From an uncultured Candidatus Saccharibacteria bacterium (GTDB lineage Bacteria > Patescibacteriota > Saccharimonadia > Saccharimonadales > JAGQNJ01): DNA of 64,000 nucleotides. The position numbers and the translations under genes are program-made. The DNA lies in assembly GCA_965231045.1 (NCBI GenBank), contig OZ246406.1:450208-514207 (forward strand), read 5' to 3'. Under the pieces are notes generated by a model. The model had not been told where the DNA came from, made no database searches, and saw nothing but the letters and a program-made list of their open reading frames with translations. Positions 17,667 through 26,518 of this stretch are shown here, in pieces (the stretch's first letter is position 1; each line of letters opens with the position of its first letter).

Positions 17667-18593
17667 TTATTCAGTAAAATCAAATCGTCGCACACCACTG
17701 TATCCGCCGAAGCTATCTGTAACGCTTAAAAATTCATCATATAGCGCTACGGCTTCGGGTAGCTGTCGCTTAGGTGCATCTGGGTTAATCGGAATGGGAT
17801 TACGTTGTTCATCCATTAGTAAGGCAAATCGCCCGTATCGTGTTGCACTATCACCAATAATATCAGGTTCGAATACTACCCTTTCAGTCTCCAGATCCCG
17901 CGCAAAAGTTCCAAATATCTCCATACATGCTGCCTGAACCGCCGGATGTGGGAACTTAAAGAACTCGAACGGATACAAACCGGTTTCGCGCCCAGTGCGC
18001 ACAATATCTGGAGCTTTAAGATTATGCACCTTCATTATGTTACTTTCCTCTAGTTCACGCCTAGAGGCACCAAAAACAACCCTTGATATACCAACGGCAT
18101 GCAGCTCATCTAAACATGCTGGGCATGGTTCGAGAGTTGAAGCCAAAGTTAATCCGGTCAACTGCGTGCGGCGGGCAAGTTCTGCAACAGCCTCGTCCTC
18201 ATCCACTTCTGGGTCATCAGGAATCAGGTGCTGCATTGTAAGCCTAGCGAAGTTTCGCATAGCCATAACTTCGGCATGAGCAGCCGGGTCATTTAACTCT
18301 TTATCTTGGGCTGCACCCTGATAAAACAACCCTGTACTTGGATCCCCAATCGCAGCACCAATAGGTAAATCCATAGCGTTTGGATCTTTACGCCTATACC
18401 TGTTAACGCTAAAAATAGCCGAATCATAAGCAGCAGCCATAGTTCTAGTCACAAACATCATGTCATCAATAATTGACTCAATACTTGACCAATTCTCTAG
18501 GGTTGGAGTGGTATCAACAATATCATCCAGTGTTTCAGGATGTATACGACCGAATCTTTGTACTATTCCAAAATCTGCTTCTGTTAAAGGCAT
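17667..18593 (-). CDS. CMP/dCMP-type zinc deaminase-fold protein with N- and C-terminal extensions
   Basis: HAE (AAHAEVMAM) and PCxxC (EPCPACLDEL) zinc-deaminase signatures. They are separated by an unusually long acidic insert. Confidence 0.65.
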   Translation of the reverse strand: MPLTEADFGIVQRFGRIHPETLDDIVDTTPTLENWSSIESIIDDMMFVTRTMAAAYDSAIFSVNRYRRKDPNAMDLPIGAAIGDPSTGLFYQGAAQDKELNDPAAHAEVMAMRNFARLTMQHLIPDDPEVDEDEAVAELARRTQLTGLTLASTLEPCPACLDELHAVGISRVVFGASRRELEESNIMKVHNLKAPDIVRTGRETGLYPFEFFKFPHPAVQAACMEIFGTFARDLETERVVFEPDIIGDSATRYGRFALLMDEQRNPIPINPDAPKRQLPEAVALYDEFLSVTDSFGGYSGVRRFDFTE

Positions 18594-18674
18594 GTTGACT
18601 CTTTATAAAGTAATACTATGCTAACTTGATTAATTTTTGTCAACAAAAAAGCACCGGCAGGATTTTTTGCAGGA

Positions 18675-19715
18675 CTACTTTATTTCTAGAACACGAAGGG
18701 CAATATTCGTTAATACCCCTTTGATAGTACCTATATGCATTGTTGGTTTTACGTCGTGCTCAATAAGTTCATATTTTGTAGGGAACTCCTCTTTCTCTAC
18801 GCTATATTCCCACCATTCCGCCTGTTTTTGTTTTCTCTCAGCGTATTTATAACCTTGTGATATATACCCAACAATTGGCATAAAGATCATTCCTGCTCTT
18901 GTAGCTGGCAAAGGTATAGTTAAATTTCTTGGCACAAAATCTTTCTCTGTTGATTGATTTGCACCGCTTAACCATTCTTCTTCTGTAATCCTTGTCTTCT
19001 TATCACTTTCTCTATCATCCAACCAGAGCTTGCCATCCTCACCCAGAAAAACATTTTGTATTCTCTCAAAGCGTTCCTGTGATGATGGTTCATGAGTAAT
19101 TACTAAGCGTCTTGGGGCGAGTGGTTTGTCTGGTTCTGCACTAACTGCTATCGGGTAACCTCTTACTTCAGGCGTAAATACTGGGACTTGTTCAAATGCT
19201 ATTCTTTTTCGTAATCCCCATAGGGATCTCTTTACTACCTCTCGTTCCTCAACAGTACGAGTCCAAGTCAATACTTCTGCGCCTGGAAATCCTTCTTCAC
19301 GCATAATTTCCAGGAACTCTCTGCATTGTTCACCAGCCACTTCACCCCATACATGCTCAGGTAGCGTACCGTCTCTCCGTATGCGTTCCGCTTCTTCAAT
19401 AGCTTCACGCTGTTCGTTTTCTTTCTCTATTTCCTCTACACTTTTGGGCACTTCTTCGCCTTCTTGAGCGCTTACTACTAATTGCTGGGATATTTCAGCA
19501 TTACTAATCGAACGAAGTCGTGCACGTTCTCTTCTGGACTCAATAATTTCTCTTAAGGATCCATCACCGTCAACCGAAGGTTCGTATGGGCCCCTAACTG
19601 TATCATGCGCGTGATTGCCAAGTGCAGCATTAAGATCCCGTATCAAACCATCCATTTTAACTGGGAAGCCATCCGGTCGATATAATGCTTCTTTATTAAA
19701 GTCACCATCTGTCAT
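18675..19715 (-). CDS. hypothetical protein (346 aa)
   Basis: Long ORF with no recognised domain. Confidence 0.5.
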   Translation of the reverse strand: MTDGDFNKEALYRPDGFPVKMDGLIRDLNAALGNHAHDTVRGPYEPSVDGDGSLREIIESRRERARLRSISNAEISQQLVVSAQEGEEVPKSVEEIEKENEQREAIEEAERIRRDGTLPEHVWGEVAGEQCREFLEIMREEGFPGAEVLTWTRTVEEREVVKRSLWGLRKRIAFEQVPVFTPEVRGYPIAVSAEPDKPLAPRRLVITHEPSSQERFERIQNVFLGEDGKLWLDDRESDKKTRITEEEWLSGANQSTEKDFVPRNLTIPLPATRAGMIFMPIVGYISQGYKYAERKQKQAEWWEYSVEKEEFPTKYELIEHDVKPTMHIGTIKGVLTNIALRVLEIK

Positions 19716-19765
19716 GCCAATATTTATACTATAAAAAGCTATTTTTGTAAATAGTCTGCTGGAAT

Positions 19766-19790
19766 CAAAAAAGCACCTCGTGTGAGATGC
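19766..19790 (-). terminator. intrinsic terminator after the displaced tmRNA 3'-end copy
   Basis: Minus strand reads GCATCTC-ACAC-GAGGTGC followed by TTTTTT. Confidence 0.6.
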
Positions 19791-19796
19791 GATTTT

Positions 19797-19815
19797 TGGT
19801 GGAGCTGCCGAGTAC
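19797..19815 (-). repeat. 19-nt exact duplicate of the tmRNA 3' end (T-stem 3' strand + acceptor + ACCA)
   Basis: TGGTGGAGCTGCCGAGTAC at 19797-19815 is identical to 19969-19987. Similarity continues into the GATTTT flank. Confidence 0.9.
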
Positions 19816-19930
19816 GAACTATTTTGCGCCTAGGGACAAAATTGCTTCGCAATTGCCCATGGCGGCCAAGCAAGGATTCCTCAAACTGCCACTGGCAGTT
19901 CTCACCCTCACGGCCAGCACTCGAACGTCA

Positions 19931-19966
19931 AACAAAAAATCTCCATTCCATAAGGAATCGAGATTT
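19931..19966 (-). terminator. intrinsic terminator 2 nt after the tmRNA 3' end (inside the insert)
   Basis: Minus strand reads AAATCTC-GATTCCTTATGGAATG-GAGATTT followed by TTTGTTTG. Confidence 0.5.
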
Positions 19967-19968
19967 TG

Positions 19969-20381
19969 TGGTGGAGCTGCCGAGTACTGCCCTCGGGTCC
20001 GTCAGTTTATCTTTGTTAGTCTTCTACAGGTTTAGTCTATCTAAGTGTCTTAGGAGTATGTCTCAAGATAGACAGAAAAACATATTCCGCAGACTCTAAA
20101 GTCTTGGCACTAATAAGGAGTCAACTTATCAATGGGCATCCAGAAAATATGACATGCGTATTGAAATATCTGGCGTCATTCAAAGCACGGCTCCGGTAAT
20201 TAAACTGAAGCTGTTACGGTCTGAAGCTGTAGACCTGTAAATGCGTTAGCAAATACAGAAGCTACGCTCTTCAAACCGCGAGTAATAGCGTTTGCAATTA
20301 CTGGGTTTTGCCTATAACGCTGACAAGCGACCTGCAAGATCTAACTGATAAAGTCCAACGTCGAGCTTAAAATTCAGCCCC
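19969..20381 (-). ncRNA. ssrA: tmRNA (SsrA), 413 nt
   Basis: 5' GGGGCUGAAUUUUAAGCUCGACG and 3' CCGAG-GGCAGUA-CUCGG-CAGCUCC-A-CCA. The acceptor pairs GGGGCUG/CAGCUCC with the G3:U Ala identity pair. Candidate resume context UAAUU-GCA-AAC-GCU resembles E. coli UAGUC-GCA-AAC-GAC. Confidence 0.88.
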
Positions 20382-20425
20382 GTAACCGTTATTATACCAT
20401 AAAAACTATGATTTTTGCAATATGC

Positions 20426-20668
20426 TTAAGCTTGCGGTAATTTGAGACCAAGTTCGCCCATGTAGAACTTCACTTCTTCATATGAGTAAGGCGAAGTGTC
20501 TCCCACAATGTTGCCTTGTATATCTAGGCTTTTATCACTTGGAACAACCGTAATGTGCACTGCATCCATCCTAAGTTCTGGGCACACTTCCCACAATTCG
20601 GCTTTGGCAGCATCGCGAACTTGCCGCGCGGCATCAAATTCTATTTGCGTAAATTTTCGTGGTGACAT
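20426..20668 (-). CDS. hypothetical protein (80 aa)
   Basis: ORF only. Confidence 0.4.
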   Translation of the reverse strand: MSPRKFTQIEFDAARQVRDAAKAELWEVCPELRMDAVHITVVPSDKSLDIQGNIVGDTSPYSYEEVKFYMGELGLKLPQA

Positions 20669-20745
20669 AAAAACGATAGTAAACCTCTTCTTTGTTTTTG
20701 CATAGTGCTTGTGTTTTATCTTTTTGGCTAGTTCATAATAATCAT

Positions 20746-21288
20746 ATGTTGCGACATCCCGACGGACAGCCTTTTACCTACCAAGAATTCAATGAGTTCT
20801 TGCCAGCACCGCAAGGCGAATTATTTGGATTGCCAGGTTTTTTACCAACTGAAACTGTTATGGGATTAGTAAATCTATCTGAAACCATTGGTGTGCGCAA
20901 ACATATATATACCTTTCCAGAGCCGCTGCCTGAGGATCATGATATCCCGCTGCCAATCGCAGAAGCTGTCAGCACAGTAAGTCGATGGGTTCCAGTAAAT
21001 ACCGCTATCCTAAAGCGATACGCTACAGATGAGCCGAGCCAAGCCTTCTATCCTCACGAAGACCCAGAAGTTTTCAAGCAACACTGGCTAGTACTAATAA
21101 GTTTAAGCGGCGAAGCAGTTTTGTCCTTACACAATTCAGTGCATGGCATAGAGAGTGTCCCTTGTAGAACTGGAGATGTAATTTGTGTTGCACCTCAAAT
21201 GGTTCACAGTGTTACACCACCCTTGAACGAAGATGGTGTTCGCCACTTCCTGTTTCTCGGCTACGACAGTTCACTGCCAAGACAGTAA
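20746..21288 (+). CDS. 2OG-Fe(II) oxygenase superfamily protein (AlkB-like)
   Basis: Start moved to MLRHPDGQPF (ATG 20746). HxD (YPHEDP) ... GD ... H (MVHSV) ... R (GVRHFLF) pattern. Confidence 0.55.
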   Translation: MLRHPDGQPFTYQEFNEFLPAPQGELFGLPGFLPTETVMGLVNLSETIGVRKHIYTFPEPLPEDHDIPLPIAEAVSTVSRWVPVNTAILKRYATDEPSQAFYPHEDPEVFKQHWLVLISLSGEAVLSLHNSVHGIESVPCRTGDVICVAPQMVHSVTPPLNEDGVRHFLFLGYDSSLPRQ

Positions 21289-21343
21289 TTTCTTAGAACT
21301 TCTGGAAAAAACTCAGAAAATATGGCATTATCATCATTAAAGT

Positions 21344-22015
21344 ATGGCAAGTGATAAACAACAGTTCGAGCGAGCGCGAGCTTCCTGGGAGAGTTTGTAT
21401 TCTGACGCATACTTTAGTGCGCCCGCCGATATTGGAAAAGTTGCCATAATTTGCTCATATTATGCTATTTGGAGTGATGAAAGTGACGGTGAGCACGTTA
21501 CGAAATTAGACCAAAAAGAAATAAGACAATTTAGAAAGGAAGCGTTCGCCATTGCACGGCAAACCGAGGAAATGGGCAAAGAACCTATCGTTTTATTAAA
21601 TGCAAAAGTTCATGAGATTTCCGATATTATGCGCGACCCAGCAATTAGCGATATTGTAACGGTTGGCCACGGAACTTTGGCCTGCTTGTTGTTACTTGAC
21701 CCAACAGACCTAGAAAACCCCGACGCTTACGATTGGACTGATGTGGTTGAACATGCCGATCACTTGAAAACAGGTTATTTTGTTCAAAGACATTGTGGTA
21801 TTACGCATAGAGAATTAAACGTTCCGCTTGGTATGTTTGCCATGATGGACGCCCGGAACATAATAGCTGCCACGGGACAAAACTTTGAACCAAGAGGTCT
21901 TAACCATATAGAAAACCTCAAATTGTCCCCTGTGTTTGATTCAGCCAGACCAAGTTATCGGCAGGTAAAAGCAATCGGGCCTAGCACAGATATACCAAAA
22001 TCTGAGGAAACTTAA
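21344..22015 (+). CDS. hypothetical protein (223 aa)
   Basis: ORF only. Confidence 0.5.
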   Translation: MASDKQQFERARASWESLYSDAYFSAPADIGKVAIICSYYAIWSDESDGEHVTKLDQKEIRQFRKEAFAIARQTEEMGKEPIVLLNAKVHEISDIMRDPAISDIVTVGHGTLACLLLLDPTDLENPDAYDWTDVVEHADHLKTGYFVQRHCGITHRELNVPLGMFAMMDARNIIAATGQNFEPRGLNHIENLKLSPVFDSARPSYRQVKAIGPSTDIPKSEET

Positions 22016-23301
22016 GCGTGTTGTTCGAGGACTTTAGCGGACGGACGATAGATTGCTAAGAATAAGAATCCGCCGGCAAGCACTGTAAAGCCACCGACCA
22101 AAATTGGTGTACCAGTACTGATTGTTGCTAGGTAGCCGCTCATGGCTGCTGGGATGGCTTGTGCCAGCGATTGAACTGAAGCGTTAATACCTAGGACTTC
22201 CCCTTGAATGTGAGAATCTGCAGATGTACTAACAAGCGCTAAGCTGTTGGCCATAGAGTTTCCGAGGAATAAGGCAAATATTGGTGTTATCCAAAGCAAG
22301 TCAACGGTATTGGCTGCCATAAGATACATAAACAACGTCAATCCAGATCCGATCAAACTAACTCTAAGTACTGTGTATGGCCTGAACCGTTTTGCCAAAA
22401 TTGGTGTGATAACCGCCTGCACAATGGCAATCCAAATACCAACATAGGCAAAGAAGTCACCAATGTTACTTTGGTTAAAGTGTAGCTTCTGGATTAGCAA
22501 CACCTGGAAGAATGTTTGGAAGAAGCTAAAACCTGCCCAGAATAGGAAAATCGACGGAAACACTACCCGGAGCCCTGGGTAGGACATTGCGGTAATGATA
22601 TTCTCGATTGATTTATGCAGCTTAACTTTTACATGTTTAAGCTGTTTGTTGGTTTCAGGCAATAGAATCAAAATAAGAATTAAGTTAATCAAGCTTAGGG
22701 CAGCTGTAAACCAGAACGGTGTTGCCGGGTTAAACCAGTGTGGTGTATGGAACAATCCAAAGAAATTAATTCCTGGTGTTGCCAGCTTTGATCCAAGATA
22801 TGGTCCAAGCACAAACCCCGTACCAAACGCCGCACCAATTAAGGCAAATCGCTTCGCACGATCTTTTGGTGGCGTAACATCGGCAATTACGGCTTGGGCA
22901 ACACTTAAGTTACCGCCTGTAATACCGTCGAGGGCGCGCGAGAAAAATAACAGTGGAATGTTGCGCGTAATAATGCCGATGGCGAATAGTATATAACCGA
23001 CGGCTGTACCAAAAATACTAAATCCTAAGACAGGTTTTCGGCCAAATCTATCTGATAATTGCCCTAGAATTGGTGTCGCCAAAAACTGCATAAATGGATA
23101 GATGGCTAGAAGCCAGCCAAGTAAAATCAAACCGCCTTTGAACGTCCAGCCAGCCGGCAAGAGGTAATACGACGATGAAGGGTTAGCTAACAGCTGCGGG
23201 ATAATTGGTATAAGAATACCGACGCCAAGAACGTCGAGAAAAATTGTTAGTAATACTGCTGGTAAGGCTTTACCTGCCATTTTTGCTTTTACTTTTTCCA
23301 T
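22012..23301 (-). CDS. MFS transporter (drug:H+ antiporter / Tet-like)
   Basis: 429 aa with about 12 TM segments. MFS motif A-like GQLSDRFGRKP. Confidence 0.8.
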   Translation of the reverse strand: MEKVKAKMAGKALPAVLLTIFLDVLGVGILIPIIPQLLANPSSSYYLLPAGWTFKGGLILLGWLLAIYPFMQFLATPILGQLSDRFGRKPVLGFSIFGTAVGYILFAIGIITRNIPLLFFSRALDGITGGNLSVAQAVIADVTPPKDRAKRFALIGAAFGTGFVLGPYLGSKLATPGINFFGLFHTPHWFNPATPFWFTAALSLINLILILILLPETNKQLKHVKVKLHKSIENIITAMSYPGLRVVFPSIFLFWAGFSFFQTFFQVLLIQKLHFNQSNIGDFFAYVGIWIAIVQAVITPILAKRFRPYTVLRVSLIGSGLTLFMYLMAANTVDLLWITPIFALFLGNSMANSLALVSTSADSHIQGEVLGINASVQSLAQAIPAAMSGYLATISTGTPILVGGFTVLAGGFLFLAIYRPSAKVLEQHA

Positions 23302-23319
23302 CTGGTTTTAGTTTCCTCC

Positions 23320-23775
23320 TTAATAATTGTGGCAAGAACCGGGTTTGTCTCGACTACACATTTCTTCGTGAACAGTTTGAAGTAATTCTTTTAGCTGCTG
23401 TTGTTGTGCAGGTGTGAATCTTTCAAAGGCTGGCATATGATATTCATTGAGGGCCGCCATAGCCTTATCAATCGCTTTTTCACCTTTGCTAGTAAGCATT
23501 GTGATGTGTTCTCGTTTATTATGCTCGCCCTTTTTGGCTGTTATTAGCCCCGCTTCTTTTAGTAGCTTAATCTGACGGCTCACGCTGGCCTCAGTTTGAC
23601 CGAGCTTTTCAGCGATCTGGCGTTGCTGAACGCCCTGATGCCACTTCAGAGCCATCAATATCTTGAACTGTGAAAACCCCATGTCCAAACGTTCTTGCAA
23701 AAGAGAGTCTGATTGACGATCCATCACAAATCCGAGGTGGTGGAGGAGATAGCCAAGATTATCATTGTAGTTCAT
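23320..23775 (-). CDS. MarR-family transcriptional regulator
   Basis: Winged-helix pattern FKILMALKWHQGVQQRQIAEKLGQTEASVSRQIKLLKEAGLI. Co-oriented with the adjacent MFS gene. Confidence 0.8.
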   Translation of the reverse strand: MNYNDNLGYLLHHLGFVMDRQSDSLLQERLDMGFSQFKILMALKWHQGVQQRQIAEKLGQTEASVSRQIKLLKEAGLITAKKGEHNKREHITMLTSKGEKAIDKAMAALNEYHMPAFERFTPAQQQQLKELLQTVHEEMCSRDKPGSCHNY

Positions 23776-23837
23776 ATAAGCAGCCTAGGGTTGTTAACAC
23801 TATCAGTATAAAAAGCGATACTTAACAAGTCAAGTAT

Positions 23838-24521
23838 TTAATCGGATAGGGGAGCCTCGAGCATTTGGCGGACAAGATGATCTTGAGTATCTTTGACCTG
23901 TTCAATCGCCATTCTACAATTGGCAAAAGATGGACGCATATAATAAGGATCGACATCAACTAAAATGAGACCTGGTTCACCTCCCACCTCTGTCGAACCA
24001 TACATGAACTGATTATCTGTGTATATGTCACGTAGTGGTGGGATACCGGCGGTACGCCGTGCTCGGACATATTTTGCCAACCCTGTAAAGGTACTGTTAA
24101 TACTATCTATCGCCATATCTCTCTCTTCACGAGTTTCTGGATCGTAGTATATGATTGGTACCCCGAAAATATATTCTGAATCAATTTGCAGTCCTATATC
24201 TTCATCAACAATTTCAAACGGGCTAGTCTGATCTTTGCGTCCCCAGATTGGGATTGGGCAAACACTAACTTCTGATTTAACGACTGACACACCGGCAGCC
24301 TCAAGAGCTTTTAACTCATCCTCAAGCTGAACTTTATTGCGATTAAGAGCATTCCGAAGCACATTGTCGGCGCCGGCATTCCTAAGAAAAGCTAACGTTG
24401 GATCTTCCATGGTGGGATTTACAGTACGAACAACCCTGTCACCAAAAAATCGCACCCAAGGGTGGGCATCGATTAATTGTTCACCCATATGGAAATCTTC
24501 ACCAACGGCCATAATAACCAT
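23838..24521 (-). CDS. hypothetical protein (start uncertain)
   Basis: ORF only. Alternative start at MGEQLID. Confidence 0.5.
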   Translation of the reverse strand: MVIMAVGEDFHMGEQLIDAHPWVRFFGDRVVRTVNPTMEDPTLAFLRNAGADNVLRNALNRNKVQLEDELKALEAAGVSVVKSEVSVCPIPIWGRKDQTSPFEIVDEDIGLQIDSEYIFGVPIIYYDPETREERDMAIDSINSTFTGLAKYVRARRTAGIPPLRDIYTDNQFMYGSTEVGGEPGLILVDVDPYYMRPSFANCRMAIEQVKDTQDHLVRQMLEAPLSD

Positions 24522-24540
24522 ATTATAACATGAAAATCGT

Positions 24541-25326
24541 CTATTTGTCTACTGACTTGTAGAGTTCGTACCACTGTTGTAACGACAGCTCTTGAGCACG
24601 TTTATTGGGATCGATTCCGGCCTTTTGCAGTAGCGATTCGGCTTGGCTTTTATCAATATTTAGACCACCACTTAAACTGCTGCGAAGTTTTTTGCGACGC
24701 TCGCTAAACCCAGCTTTAACAATCTTGAAGAATTTATCAACATCGACATCGGCAAATAGTGGCGTAGTTCGATAATCTAACCTAATAATTTGTGAATCAA
24801 CCTTAGGTGGTGGAGTGAATAAATAAGCGGGGACAAGTTCACCAAGTTTAACTTCGCAGTAAAATTGAACGCTGACGGCCAACAACGATAATTCGCCAGG
24901 TTTGGCAGCAATCCGCTCGGCAACTTCTTTTTGCACCAACAAGGTCATTATTTTTGGTGGGTGTGGTGATTCACACAACACACGGAGAAGGTTAGAAGTG
25001 AGGTAATAGGGGATGTTGGCGACAACTTTATAGCCTTTTGGTAATTGAGTAAGGTCAAACTGCAAAATGTCTTCGGATTGAATTTCAACATTCGTATTAG
25101 CAAATTTGGCAGCCAGTTCTAGAGCAAGTTTTTGATCGTATTCAACAGCTACTACCTTCCCTGCCCGCCCCTGTAAATATTCGGTTAGCGTACCCAGACC
25201 AGGACCAACCTCCAATACCGTGTCGTCTTTGTTAACCTCTGCAAAGTCACAAATTTCTTCAAGCGTAGGCTTATCTGTTAACCAATGCTGGCCAAGAGTT
25301 TTATTGGCATATGGTAAATCACTCAT
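24541..25326 (-). CDS. rsmA: 16S rRNA (adenine1518/1519-N6)-dimethyltransferase
   Basis: LGQHWLTD, VLEVGPGLGTLT and NIPYYLTS motifs. Confidence 0.9.
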   Translation of the reverse strand: MSDLPYANKTLGQHWLTDKPTLEEICDFAEVNKDDTVLEVGPGLGTLTEYLQGRAGKVVAVEYDQKLALELAAKFANTNVEIQSEDILQFDLTQLPKGYKVVANIPYYLTSNLLRVLCESPHPPKIMTLLVQKEVAERIAAKPGELSLLAVSVQFYCEVKLGELVPAYLFTPPPKVDSQIIRLDYRTTPLFADVDVDKFFKIVKAGFSERRKKLRSSLSGGLNIDKSQAESLLQKAGIDPNKRAQELSLQQWYELYKSVDK

Positions 25327-25745
25327 AGATCAAGTAGTTTTAGGCCAGTTTCTTTGTCTTCTGATCTAGTTAACAGCTCTTCATACCATTTGTGAAGCAT
25401 AATCTCGCAGGTGCCACCTACAATAAGCTCACGTACATGACCACCAACTACCGACAGATCAGATTTAGAAAAAGTTCCATGTAAGTGCCATTTAGGCTCT
25501 TCCCCATCCCAGGATAGATTTCCTTGCAGGCCCGTTATTTCAACCAGCTCCACGACGTTGTGCCATTCGTATTCTTTCTTTGGTAGATTGTAATACCCGA
25601 CCTCAGCGCTCAATGCTCCGCCAATCACATTTACCCAACAGCTCGGAAGTTTTTCTTGCTTGGCCAGTTTTGTCAGTGATTCAACTAGTTTTTCGCCCTT
25701 TTCTAGACGAACTAACCAGTTAAAACCATCATACCGAAATTTCAT
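25323..25745 (-). CDS. PPC (DUF296) domain protein
   Basis: 140 aa with a DUF296-like pattern (...GGALSAEVGYY...WHLHGTFS...GGHV). Confidence 0.6.
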   Translation of the reverse strand: MKFRYDGFNWLVRLEKGEKLVESLTKLAKQEKLPSCWVNVIGGALSAEVGYYNLPKKEYEWHNVVELVEITGLQGNLSWDGEEPKWHLHGTFSKSDLSVVGGHVRELIVGGTCEIMLHKWYEELLTRSEDKETGLKLLDL

Positions 25746-26328
25746 ATCTGTCTTTCATTATAGTCTTAAACTTCTCAAACGACTCAAAAAACTCAGCATG
25801 TATGCCAAATGCCTTGGCGCCAGCCACATTTTCATGGCTATCATCCCAAAATAATACTTCATCTTTTTGAGCATCAATTTCTTTGAGCACTTTATCAAAA
25901 AACTCCAAATCAGGCTTTTGAGACCCCAGATGTGCCGAGGCGAACAACTTGTCAAAACTATCTTTGAAGCCCATTTTTTCTATCATGTACTGGGCTCGGT
26001 ATTTTTCTTGGTTTGTAGCAACATAGCAGTGGATGCCCTTCGCCCTCAAACGCTGAACATATTCAACGATTCGCTCATCCAAGTTATGCTCGTATTCAAA
26101 CCACTCCTGTAAATAATCATCAACTGTTTTGGGCCAATTCCATTTCTTCAGATATGACTCAATTATTTCCTTAAGATCAGCTTTCCCAGCAATAGTTTGC
26201 GGAAATGGACCCTGATAAAATTCTGTGAGCTTGTCTCTAGGTATTCCATATTCACGCTCGATCTGCCGACTGAACATTTCTGAATGAATCAGCACGCCAT
26301 CAGCATCAAATAAAATATGCTTTATCAT
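25729..26328 (-). CDS. HAD-superfamily hydrolase
   Basis: Start moved to MIKHILFDADGVL (the DxDG motif I at the N-terminus). The upstream 39 codons of the track ORF lie in the structured element 26350-26518. Confidence 0.7.
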   Translation of the reverse strand: MIKHILFDADGVLIHSEMFSRQIEREYGIPRDKLTEFYQGPFPQTIAGKADLKEIIESYLKKWNWPKTVDDYLQEWFEYEHNLDERIVEYVQRLRAKGIHCYVATNQEKYRAQYMIEKMGFKDSFDKLFASAHLGSQKPDLEFFDKVLKEIDAQKDEVLFWDDSHENVAGAKAFGIHAEFFESFEKFKTIMKDRYEISV

Positions 26329-26349
26329 CGAATTGATTATATCAGTGTT

Positions 26350-26518
26350 GGCCTGGTTAATTTGGCTGGATGTCCCACTAGGCGCAATTGAAGTACGACT
26401 GAGGCGTATAAGAATACGGCGAATGAGTCCTGGAAATTGCAACAACGTGGGGCACCAGAAGTTCGACAGAGTTCCTGGCTCTGCCAGGAAGCAGGTCGAA
26501 AGTCACATTAGCCAGGCT
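26350..26518 (-). repeat. G+C-rich structured intergenic element, copy F (candidate ncRNA, rearranged family member)
   Basis: GGCCTGGTTAAT 26350-26361 can pair with ATTAGCCAGGCT 26507-26518 (12 bp including 2 G:U). Internal hairpins are CCTGG-CTCTG-CCAGG 26475-26489 and CGTAT-AAGA-ATACG. It shares ACTGAGGC 26398-26405 and GGATGTC 26368-26374 (both rc) with copy A, and GCCTGGTTAA 26351-26360 (rc) with copy B. Confidence 0.4.

Noticed and set aside
23776-23837. Possible MarR operator (TTGTTAAC ... CTTAACAA inverted 8-mers)
   Set aside because: There is only one imperfect pair, with 27-nt spacing, in AT-rich DNA. That is too weak to call without comparative data.
26470-26500. SRP (4.5S) RNA-like motif CCAGGAAGCAGG
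   Set aside because: It resembles the GGAAGCAGC of SRP helix 8, but the apical loop is 5 nt (CUCUG) rather than a GNRA tetraloop. The 5' side does not reproduce the conserved internal loops, and related motifs recur in other copies of the repeat family.
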